Below, one piece after another: positions 16,220 through 23,286 of a stretch of DNA of 35,233 nucleotides (position 1 is its first letter; each line of letters begins with the position of its first letter). Location of the stretch: NCBI GenBank assembly GCA_041308285.1, contig JBFZBV010000402.1, positions 1-35,233 on the forward strand, read 5' to 3'. The translations under genes and the position numbers were made by a program. The notes under the pieces were generated by a model. It was not told the DNA's origin. It did no database searches and was given only the letters and a program-made list of their open reading frames with translations. Origin of the DNA: Planctomycetota bacterium (GTDB taxonomy: Bacteria; Planctomycetota; JAKEIC01; DYIT01).

Positions 16220-16384
16220 TCCTTCGGACATTGCAGCTCGCCGGGAGAGCCGCAATGAGCGGGCATGGCGAGTCGAATGGATCGCCCTCTTGATGCGCCG
16301 GCGAACGTCGGCCAAAGGGCGAGTGCGCGACCGAATAGATGGCCGTACATTGCGGAATGCCCGAGTTTTCGAGAGGAGAGAACC

Positions 16385-16774
16385 ATGACCGAGAAAGAAG
16401 GATGCCTGTGTTCCGGCGGTCCCAAGATTATCTTCCCGTGTTCCGGCGCGGCCGACGTGGGGGCCATCGCCGACCTCGCCGCCCGCAAGCTGAACAAGGA
16501 GGGGGCGGGAAAGATGTACTGCCTCGCCAGCGTCGGCGGCCGCGTTGCCGGGATCCTCAAGACGACGGAGGCCGCCTCGCTCATCCTCGCCATCGACGGC
16601 TGCCCCCTCGAGTGCGCGAAGCACACGCTCGAACAGGCCGGCTTCAAGAACTACTCGCACATACAGGTGACCGCCCTCGGGCTGGAAAAGGGGAAGTCCC
16701 CGGCGACTGACGAGAACGTGAACCGGGTCGCAGGCAAGGCTCGGGAGCTGCTGAAACAGGGAGTCTGCTCGTGA
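16385..16774 (+). CDS. DGC-domain (PF08859-like) putative zinc-binding protein
   Basis: 129 aa with FPCSGAADVG...AIDGCPLEC motifs. GAGGAG lies upstream of the ATG at 16385. Confidence 0.7.
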   Translation: MTEKEGCLCSGGPKIIFPCSGAADVGAIADLAARKLNKEGAGKMYCLASVGGRVAGILKTTEAASLILAIDGCPLECAKHTLEQAGFKNYSHIQVTALGLEKGKSPATDENVNRVAGKARELLKQGVCS

Positions 16775-16923
16775 CGCCGAAGCGGATTCCGACCGCTGCG
16801 CTGCTCGCCTTCGTAGCCGCGAGCCTGGCGCGGATCGTGGTCAAGGAAGTGCGCCAAGGAAGCGGTGGAAACGTGGGGATCTACAACAGCCTGACTCAGG
16901 TCTTCGGGCTTTCATTTCTCTGA
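16771..16923 (+). CDS. Small hypothetical membrane protein (50 aa), possibly a truncated N-terminus
   Basis: Its GTG overlaps the DGC stop (GTGA). The sequence is VTPKRIPTAALLAFVAASLARIVV... and its third-position GC is coding-like. It is too short for the ORF track. Confidence 0.3.
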   Translation: MTPKRIPTAALLAFVAASLARIVVKEVRQGSGGNVGIYNSLTQVFGLSFL

Positions 16924-16936
16924 AACGAGGCGACTC

Positions 16937-17256
16937 ATGCTCGACTTGGCCTATCTGGGCTCGCGGATGAAGGAAATCCTCGGCCTTTCCACCGAACCCT
17001 TCGCCTTGTGCCCGCTGAAGGACGCTCCCGCGGCGCCCGACGTCGTCGTGGTCGAAGGGCCGCCAGAATCCTTGATGTGGCTCGCTCTGGCTGACCTGAA
17101 TCTGGAGGGAGGAATGCGCCTGCGCGCCGACACTGCAGTGTTGCAGGCGACCTGCGAGAAAAGGTTCTCGTCGAACAAATGGGGCTGGACTCCAAGATAT
17201 CGAGCCCGGTGACGCTGGCCCTGAGCACTCCCCAGGGGAAAATCGTGGGTTCATAA
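16937..17256 (+). pseudogene. DUF169-like remnant (internally deleted and frameshifted)
   Basis: MKEILGLSTEPFAL is N-terminus-like and joins directly to PDVVVVEGPPESLMWLALA, which is mid-domain-like. A second frame continues DLREKVLVEQMGLDSKISSPVTLALSTPQGKIVGS* to 17256. Confidence 0.35.
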
Positions 17257-17314
17257 TCCGGACGAGCCGAAACCAAAAAGGATGGGCTCGTTCGGGTTAT
17301 AACACGCACTGCGC
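17252..17314 (+). repeat. Copy B of the 63-nt hairpin repeat
   Basis: 51/63 identical to 3187..3249. Stem 17257..17268 / 17285..17296 is fully paired with 2 G-U pairs. One substitution restores a pair that is mismatched in copy A. Confidence 0.75.
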
Positions 17315-17437
17315 GCGTGAAGATTGGAATAGTTGGACTTCAGCAAATGCGCCATAACATCTGGGAATTTCGTTTCAACGGTGAACTTATTCATTTCCTG
17401 ATTGCCTGGCGCAGCCGCGTGTGTAAAGGACTGAACT

Positions 17438-17830
17438 ATGAATGGCGCCTTTCGAATCATGCCGGACGATGCGCTTTCAGCCCTCCTCGGGCAGGAAAGC
17501 CGCGCAGTGTCCGTCTACTGGGGCTGGAACGTCGTGGGCTGATGAAAGGGCTGGAAAACGCGGGTCGGTCGACTCGGCGAACCAGTCAAGGAAGGCGAGT
17601 ACTTCGTGGCGTATGACAGCGGCGTCGCGTGGTTCGTCGAGAAGCGGATGATCGACCGCCTCCCCCAGGCCGGATCCGTGGTCGAAGTCCAGATGGGCGA
17701 CCACGGCAGGTTCACGCTCGAAATCCGGCCTAATCCAGACTGCGCTGGCGCGCCGCCTGAAATCCGCTGGTTTCCGCCGGCCGATCCGTACATGGAAGCA
17801 TACTGCAGCAATGAAGACGAAACGGAATAA
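17438..17830 (+). pseudogene. Hypothetical ORF interrupted by tandem in-frame stops TGATGA (17540..17545). Its layout is loosely HesB/IscA-like.
   Basis: MNGAFRIMPDDALSALLGQESRAVSVYWGWNVVG**KGW...EYFVAYDSGVAWFVEKRMIDRLPQAGSVVEVQMGDHGRFTLEIRPNPD. The tracked ORF is only 17606..17830. Confidence 0.2.
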
Positions 17831-17841
17831 ACCCAGGAGTA

Positions 17842-18693
17842 GAAAAGGGGACAGGAGTCTATATACATCTCAAGCCCTGAGACATGAGAATGTTATAGAA
17901 TCATTTCAACATGATATACGACGAGGTGGACTGAAAAAAGCAGGCGGATTCTCAGTGCTTGCCTTTGGGTCTTCCTCGATCGCGCAGCGAATATTCTAGA
18001 TTATATCGGTAGGCCGTTCGGCGCATCCAAGCCGAATCTCCGAAGGGCCTTCCTCGTAGCACGCAGGTCCTGATGGATTCGAGTTCCATCTCGGTTTGAG
18101 GGTGATTGACTTTCCGAACCCAGTGTTTCATTTGGATTTCGACCGGCCAATCTGACAACAACGATTTTTCATCGGGCGACCCCGACATCCTGCAACCAAG
18201 GCTGGACCACCGCCAATCCTCAGCGCGATCTACGAGCCCGGCCCGAAGCGGATTCCGCTCTACGTAGCTGGCGACCGTGAGGAAGCTCTCGCCGCTTTGC
18301 ACAGGGAAAGCTTTGAAGCGCGCTTGATAAATGTGGCCCAGGCCTGACGTGCCCCGGAACGCATGCAGGCGCTGGGCGTGGGTCACCGTCAACCAATGAA
18401 GATATTGCGATAGTGTTCTGCCCTGGCGCGGCCCTGGACGCAACACCATGTGCCAGTGATTCGGCATGATGCAGTACGCAAGCATGGGAATAGGGTGCTT
18501 CTCCTGGGCTTGGCGAAGAATCCTGATGAAGGCGTCATAGTCCGCCCCATCCTCGAAAAGCGGGGATCTGTTGTTCGCACGGTTGAGTACGTGATAAATC
18601 ACCCCGCCCGCGATGAACCTGGCAGTCCTTGGCATTACGTAACTATAAAAGAATCCTAGTGAAAGGGCAATGAATGATTCCTGTCCCCTTTTC
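17842..18693 (-). mobile_element. RAYT/IS200-like Y1 transposase unit bounded by 18-bp inverted repeats
   Basis: GAAAAGGGGACAGGAGTC at 17842..17859 matches the reverse complement of 18676..18693 (GAAAAGGGGACAGGAATC) at 17/18 positions. Confidence 0.6.
17952..18635 (-). CDS. REP-associated tyrosine transposase-like protein (Y1_Tnp / IS200 family)
   Basis: HUH motif MPNHWHMV, catalytic-Tyr region SYVERNPLRAGLV, and the W..WSS motif typical of RAYTs. I chose the ATG at 18635 (MPRTARFIAGGVIYHVLNR...). Confidence 0.8.
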   Translation of the reverse strand: MPRTARFIAGGVIYHVLNRANNRSPLFEDGADYDAFIRILRQAQEKHPIPMLAYCIMPNHWHMVLRPGPRQGRTLSQYLHWLTVTHAQRLHAFRGTSGLGHIYQARFKAFPVQSGESFLTVASYVERNPLRAGLVDRAEDWRWSSLGCRMSGSPDEKSLLSDWPVEIQMKHWVRKVNHPQTEMELESIRTCVLRGRPFGDSAWMRRTAYRYNLEYSLRDRGRPKGKH

Positions 18694-18713
18694 ACCGCGA
18701 ACCGTGAAATCCC

Positions 18714-18762
18714 TTGCTGATCTTCTTGCATCCGCTATAATTCGCTTGTTGGCGAACTATAG
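18714..18762 (+). promoter_or_regulatory. Candidate ars promoter (TTGCTG-16-TATAAT) with an overlapping inverted repeat CTATAATTCGC-N6-GCGAACTATAG
   Basis: A perfect TATAAT at 18736..18741 lies inside 11-bp arms with 1 mismatch (18735..18745 / 18752..18762), 15 nt upstream of arsR. Confidence 0.4.
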
Positions 18763-18776
18763 AAGAAAGGGCCGTG

Positions 18777-19142
18777 ATGGACGAGTTGACCAGGCTTGCC
18801 AAGGCCGTTTCCGACCCGAGCCGCCTGCGCGTTCTCATGCTCCTCCGCGGCGGAGAGCTCTGCGCGTGCAGGATAATCGAAATCCTTGGGCTCGCACCCT
18901 CCACCGTCTCGGCGCACATGGCCGTGCTCGAGCGCTCAGGCCTGGTCCGGTTCCGCAAGGAGGGGACGTGGCGCCACTACAGGATTGCGGCGGACGACTG
19001 CTCCCCCCTTGCACGGAAAATGCTGGACCTCGTGCAGGGCGAACTCCGGAACGACCCCGCCTCCGTGTCGGACGGCAGGCGTCTCCGGTCCATAAAGGCG
19101 TCCATGAAGGCCTGCGGCGCGCAGGCCGGCAAAACAGCTTGA
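18777..19142 (+). CDS. arsR: Arsenic-responsive repressor ArsR
   Basis: LSDPSRLRVLMLLRGGELCACRIIEILGLAPSTVSAHMAVLERSGLV, where ELCxC is the As(III) site position. It heads the arsM-acr3 operon. Confidence 0.85.
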   Translation: MDELTRLAKAVSDPSRLRVLMLLRGGELCACRIIEILGLAPSTVSAHMAVLERSGLVRFRKEGTWRHYRIAADDCSPLARKMLDLVQGELRNDPASVSDGRRLRSIKASMKACGAQAGKTA

Positions 19143-19158
19143 TAATCGGAGGCTTACC

Positions 19159-20010
19159 ATGGGCAAGGGCTGCTGCGGTCCGTCCGGTGATCCTGTAAGG
19201 AAAGTCGTTAGGGAAGCCTACGGCGGCATAGCCCGCGGGTCGGGTTCCTGCTGCGGGCCGTCCAGGCCGTGCTGCGGATCGGCGGCCGCCGACAAACTCG
19301 CCCGCGGAGTCGGCTACGGGGAAGGCGAGCTCGCAGCGCTGCCGGAAGGCGCGAACCTCGGGCTGTCCTGCGGGAACCCGACGGCTATAGCCTCCCTTCG
19401 CGAAGGGGAGACCGTGCTCGACCTCGGATCGGGCTCCGGATTCGACGCGTTCATTGCGGCGCGCAAGGTGGGCCCCAAGGGCCGCGTCATCGGCGTTGAC
19501 ATGACGCCGGAGATGATTGACAGGGCGAGGAAGAACATCTCCGGATTCCGCTCCAAGAGCGGCCTGGACAACGTGGAATTCAGGCTGGGCGAGATAGAGA
19601 ACCTGCCAGCCGCCGACTGCTCGGCGGACGTGGTGCTGTCCAACTGCGTCATCAATCTCTCGCCGGAAAAGCAGCGCGTCTGGGCGGAGGCATACCGCGT
19701 GCTCAAGCCCGGCGGCCGCGTGGCCGTGTCCGACATGGCCCTGCTCAAGCCGCTTCCCGGGGATTTCCAACGTTCGGTGGAAGCCCTGGTCGGATGCGTG
19801 TCCGGCGCGGTCCTCGTCGAGGAGACCCGGCGCATGCTGGAAACCGCCGGCTTCTCTGAAATCAGGCTCGTCTCGAAGCCCGAGAGCATCGACGCCATGT
19901 CCGACTGGAGCGACCCGGTCTACAGGAGCATTCAGGCCCTGGTCGGGCCGTCGGGCCGCATGAGCGACTGGGTGACGAGCCTCGAGATTTCAGCGAGAAA
20001 ACCGCTTTAG
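19159..20010 (+). CDS. arsM: Arsenite S-adenosylmethionine methyltransferase
   Basis: N-terminal Cys pairs (GKGCCG, GSCCG), [10 protein letters not shown], the SAM motif [35 protein letters not shown] and [11 protein letters not shown] match ArsM throughout. Confidence 0.9.
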   Translation: MGKGCCGPSGDPVRKVVREAYGGIARGSGSCCGPSRPCCGSAAADKLARGVGYGEGELAALPEGANLGLSCGNPTAIASLREGETVLDLGSGSGFDAFIAARKVGPKGRVIGVDMTPEMIDRARKNISGFRSKSGLDNVEFRLGEIENLPAADCSADVVLSNCVINLSPEKQRVWAEAYRVLKPGGRVAVSDMALLKPLPGDFQRSVEALVGCVSGAVLVEETRRMLETAGFSEIRLVSKPESIDAMSDWSDPVYRSIQALVGPSGRMSDWVTSLEISARKPL

Positions 20011-20021
20011 AAAACCGGCAG

Positions 20022-21212
20022 ATGAAAGAACCTGGAACAGACGGCAAGGGCCTGGGCTTCTTCGAGCGCTGGCTGACGGTCTGGGTGGGGCTCTGCATCG
20101 TCGGGGGCATCGTCCTGGGCAAGGTGGCCCCGCAGGCCGCCACGGCGCTCGACGGCATGGCCATCTATATCGGCGAGGCGCCCGTGGTGTCCATCCCCAT
20201 CGCAGTCTGCCTCTTCTTCATGATGTATCCCATCATGGTGAAGATAGACTTCGCCGAGGTACTGAAAGCGGGCAAGTCGGTCAAACCGGTCGGTCTGACC
20301 CTGTTCGTCAACTGGGCAATCAAGCCCTTCACTATGTACGCCATCTCGATTTTCTTTCTCGGGACGCTGTTCCTGGCCTTCATCGGGCCCGACGCCGTGG
20401 ACCTGGTCAAGATGCCACTGGGGCTCGACCTGGCGGTCGGCGCGAAGCACGGAGACGGCATCGTGGTCCTGCACGAGGGCGTCAAGATGCTCCAGATCCC
20501 CCTGTGGCGGAGCTATCTTGCGGGCTGCATCCTCCTCGGCATCGCCCCCTGCACTGCAATGGTCCTCGTCTGGGGATACCTCGCCCGCGGGAACGACGGG
20601 CACACTCTCGTCATGGTCGCCATCAACTCGCTGACCATGCTCTTCCTCTACGGCCCGCTGGGCGGATTCCTTCTCGGCGTGGGAAAGCTCCCCGTGCCCT
20701 GGCAGGCGCTTGTGCTCTCAATCGGAATCTACGTTGCTCTGCCGCTCGCGGCTGGGTTCATGACGCGGAAAATGATCCTCCGGGCCAAAGGCGAGGCGTG
20801 GTTCAAGGAGCGGTTCCTCCATCTTCTTACTCCGATTACGATAAGCGCTTTGCTGGCCACGCTCATGCTCCTGTTTTCCTTCAAGGGAGACGTCATCCTG
20901 GGAAACCCTCTGACCATACTCTGGATTGCCGTTCCGCTGCTCCTGCAGACCGCGCTGATCTTCGCCCTGGGGTACGTCCTGTCGAGAATCCTGAGGTTCT
21001 CCTATGAGGATGCCGCCCCATCTGCCATGATAGGCGCGTCGAACCATTTCGAAGTCGCCATCGCGACGGCTGTGATGCTTTTCGGACTGAGGTCCGGCGC
21101 CTCCCTGGCGACGGTCGTGGGAGTCCTCATCGAGGTCCCGGTCATGCTGATGCTCGTGAAGATTTGCATGGCCACCAGGGGCTGGTTCGCGGCCCGGGAA
21201 GGGGCGGCGTGA
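20022..21212 (+). CDS. acr3: ACR3-family arsenite efflux permease
   Basis: [23 protein letters not shown]... and the conserved [12 protein letters not shown]. There are about 10 TM helices. Confidence 0.9.
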   Translation: MKEPGTDGKGLGFFERWLTVWVGLCIVGGIVLGKVAPQAATALDGMAIYIGEAPVVSIPIAVCLFFMMYPIMVKIDFAEVLKAGKSVKPVGLTLFVNWAIKPFTMYAISIFFLGTLFLAFIGPDAVDLVKMPLGLDLAVGAKHGDGIVVLHEGVKMLQIPLWRSYLAGCILLGIAPCTAMVLVWGYLARGNDGHTLVMVAINSLTMLFLYGPLGGFLLGVGKLPVPWQALVLSIGIYVALPLAAGFMTRKMILRAKGEAWFKERFLHLLTPITISALLATLMLLFSFKGDVILGNPLTILWIAVPLLLQTALIFALGYVLSRILRFSYEDAAPSAMIGASNHFEVAIATAVMLFGLRSGASLATVVGVLIEVPVMLMLVKICMATRGWFAAREGAA

Positions 21213-21733
21213 AAAGCTCTCCGTGCGGACTCGTGTTCAACAGGCAGTGCGGACCCGGTTTGCTCGCATTCGCGCTCGCCGCTTCCGCCCTTCTCGCCCC
21301 GGCGGGATGCGCGGACAAGCCCGCAGGCGCTCCTGCCGGCACGCAGGAAAAGCAGACGGACGGGGCGGAGACGCCGGAGCCGGCCCCAGCCCGGAAGCCA
21401 GGGCCGCCCGCCTGCTCGTCGTGCCACGAGTCCCAGTGCAGGCTGTGGGCCTATGGCGGACACGTGGAGGTCGAGTGCGCGGCCTGCCACGGCGAACCCG
21501 GCAGGCACGTCCTGGAAGACGCGGACCCGCGGCCCAGGATGAAGACCGGCGGCAGGGAACTGTGCATGGATTGCCACGATCTCGCAGGGGAAAAGGACGG
21601 GAAAGACCTGACTCCGGACGAGCGCACCGAGAATCACATGCTCTTCCTCGAGAAGAAGCACGTAATCAGGATAAACCGGCTGAAGGTAGGAGGCAGGTGC
21701 ATACACTGCCACGACCCTCACCTCGGGAGATGA
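21209..21733 (+). CDS. Tetrahaem c-type cytochrome lipoprotein
   Basis: The GTG start overlaps the acr3 stop (GTGA). Lipobox LLAPAGC and four CxxCH motifs (CSSCH, CAACH, CMDCH, CIHCH). Confidence 0.75.
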   Translation: MKSSPCGLVFNRQCGPGLLAFALAASALLAPAGCADKPAGAPAGTQEKQTDGAETPEPAPARKPGPPACSSCHESQCRLWAYGGHVEVECAACHGEPGRHVLEDADPRPRMKTGGRELCMDCHDLAGEKDGKDLTPDERTENHMLFLEKKHVIRINRLKVGGRCIHCHDPHLGR

Positions 21734-21745
21734 AAGGAGTGGAAC

Positions 21746-22624
21746 ATGAATTCGCGAAAACTGCGCTGGGCCCATGCGGCCGCGGTATTGGCGTGCGCAA
21801 TCGCGCTCGCGTCCGGCTGCGGGGACGGGGCTGCGCCCCCCAAGCCGCCTGAAAACGAGGGAAGCTCCGCCGGAGCGGAAGCCAAGACGCCCGCCGGCGC
21901 CGGCTCGGCCCAGGCCGTGCTCGTCGCTGAAGGCAGGGAGGCGTACAAGTCATGCGGGATGTGCCACAGCGAGACCGACCCGAAGATCACCTGGGACGAG
22001 GACTGGGTGCTCCTCAACGAAAAGACCACGTGCATCGAATCAGGCGCTCCTGCGCCGCGGGTCAGGAAGGCGATAATGGCCTATCTCCGCGCGCCGGATA
22101 TCCTGCGGCCCGTCCTCGTCGGCGCGGACTGGAAGCCCCCGGCCGGGATGAAGACCGGGAAGATTACGATCCCGGCAATCGGGGGCAGCGCTTATCTCAA
22201 GGCCGAGCGCGAATCGATAAAGGAGGGCGCGCCGCCCATGGTCAGGCTTTACTGGGGCGAGGGCGGCGATGTGAAACAGCTGACCGCCCCTGCCGGCGAA
22301 TACACGGTCATCAACTACTGGCTCTACAAGCGGGGCGGTAAAGACGGCGGGGAACGATGGTCGGCAAGCTGCACGAACGTTGACGGATGCCAGAACCTCT
22401 CCATCGCCGAGGGAGAGGAATGCGTGTTCCAGACCGACCCCATCCTCAGGGGATCCTTCGACGTCCAGAAGACCGAGGGGAAGATCGCCCTGTCCTTCGC
22501 CCTATACGACATAGGCGGGAACCGCGTGACGCTTTCCAGGAACGGGAGAATAGTATTCCCCGCCTTTTCCGTGTTCGACGGCGGGGATCGCGAACTCGCA
22601 AAAGGCGAATTCGGGGTCTCCTGA
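21746..22624 (+). CDS. Monohaem (CGMCH) lipoprotein with a C-terminal beta-rich domain. The ORF stays open in frame past TGA 22622 to TAG 22753.
   Basis: AAGGAG RBS, lipobox ALASGC and one CxxCH. The 42 codons after the TGA have about 79% GC at third positions, which is coding-like. Confidence 0.7.
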   Translation: MNSRKLRWAHAAAVLACAIALASGCGDGAAPPKPPENEGSSAGAEAKTPAGAGSAQAVLVAEGREAYKSCGMCHSETDPKITWDEDWVLLNEKTTCIESGAPAPRVRKAIMAYLRAPDILRPVLVGADWKPPAGMKTGKITIPAIGGSAYLKAERESIKEGAPPMVRLYWGEGGDVKQLTAPAGEYTVINYWLYKRGGKDGGERWSASCTNVDGCQNLSIAEGEECVFQTDPILRGSFDVQKTEGKIALSFALYDIGGNRVTLSRNGRIVFPAFSVFDGGDRELAKGEFGVS

Positions 22625-22657
22625 GGGGCTTTCACCGCGGACTGGAGTTCCAGTCCG
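22622..22657 (+). promoter_or_regulatory. In-frame UGA plus a SECIS-like hairpin (CGGACTGG-AGTT-CCAGTCCG)
   Basis: Perfect 8-bp stem 22638..22645 / 22650..22657 with loop AGTT, 13 nt after the TGA. Confidence 0.45.
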
Positions 22658-22904
22658 GAAGTCATGAAGGGGGACCTGCAGGCGAGACTGGAATTCGACT
22701 CGGGACCTTTCAAGGCGGAGTGCGTGTCGGTCATTGACCTGCCCGGGGAGTAGGAGCGCGTCAATAGGCCGGACTGTTTCCGGCTGTTCGGCATCCGTAC
22801 GCGGCTCTGCCCCCGGACAGAGGGATGCGAATGCCCCGAGCGGGGTCGAGGGACTTCGCCGGTAGATGCCGCCATGGCAGCCTGTCAAGTCACGTTATCT
22901 ATCA

Positions 22905-22927
22905 GGCGGTTCGCGAACCGCCCCTAC
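22905..22927 (-). repeat. REP-like unit: GTAG followed by the perfect 18-nt palindrome GGCGGTTCGCGAACCGCC
   Basis: The palindrome is at 22905..22922. The minus strand reads GTAGGGGCGGTTCGCGAACCGCC. Confidence 0.45.
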
Positions 22928-22955
22928 GCGATGAAGCCCCGATGGGCACCCCGTT

Positions 22956-22992
22956 TTTTTCCGTCCGCAATGGTCGCGAGCGGGCGGAAAAA
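22956..22992. repeat. 13-bp stem hairpin (TTTTTCCGTCCGC / GCGGGCGGAAAAA) with an 11-nt loop
   Basis: Seen directly, with one G-U pair. The T-run is 5' and the A-run is 3' of the stem, so it is not a canonical terminator on either strand. Confidence 0.5.
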
Positions 22993-23077
22993 TGGAGCGG
23001 ATAGAGCAGCAAGCAGAAAGGACAGCACATCCTCTCCGCGATCTACCTTCAACTCTCTATTTTCAAAAAGAAAGCCT

Positions 23078-23123
23078 CTGCGGTACAGCCCCCGGAGAAG
23101 AGTCAAATGCCAAGCCGAAGGCT
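23078..23123 (+). repeat. Direct repeat unit 1 (CTGCGGTACAGCC..CGGAGAAGAGTCAA...CAAGCCGAAGGCT)
   Basis: About 85% identical to 23183..23229. The internal arms AGCCCCCGG / CCGAAGGCT have 2 mismatches. Confidence 0.6.
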
Positions 23124-23182
23124 CGAGTGCGTCTCGACTCGAAACTGGCAGCCCGCCTGCGATGGGCCCCTGAAGACATGAA

Positions 23183-23229
23183 CTGCGGTACAGCCTTCGG
23201 AGAAGAGTCAATTGGTCAAGCCGAAGGCT
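23183..23229 (+). repeat. Direct repeat unit 2, with a perfect 9-bp internal stem AGCCTTCGG / CCGAAGGCT and a 20-nt loop
   Basis: Seen directly. It lies 105 nt downstream of unit 1 and ends ~55 nt upstream of the next start codon. Confidence 0.6.
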
Positions 23230-23286
23230 TGTTGATTCCGGAACCCGGCTGAGTTATCATCACTTCATCCCCCTTCCCGGAGTTTG

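Noticed and set aside
17251-17460. The 69-aa minus-strand ORF next to the hairpin repeat.
   Set aside because: It has no recognisable motifs, reads straight through repeat copy B and sits in the decayed patch. It is probably not a gene.
21731-21748. TGA of the tetrahaem cytochrome is in frame with the next gene (21746), so I considered a third readthrough event.
   Set aside because: The 12-nt gap contains AAGGAG, and the next ORF starts with its own ATG and lipoprotein signal peptide. No hairpin follows the TGA. This is an ordinary two-gene junction.
22956-22992. The 13-bp hairpin as an intrinsic terminator.
   Set aside because: The T-run precedes the stem and the A-run follows it on both strands, the opposite of a rho-independent terminator. 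The runs simply extend the stem.
23078-23229. Direct repeats as a possible CRISPR array.
   Set aside because: There are only two copies at ~85% identity, each dominated by an internal long-loop hairpin. There is no regular repeat-spacer periodicity and there are no cas genes.
22754-23286. tRNA-Sec (selC) or another tRNA hidden in the structured intergenic region.
   Set aside because: I checked TCA-containing 7-nt loops on both strands (for example CTTCAAC at ~23047 and CTTCAGG on the minus strand at ~23170). The flanking bases do not form anticodon stems, and I could not build a cloverleaf.
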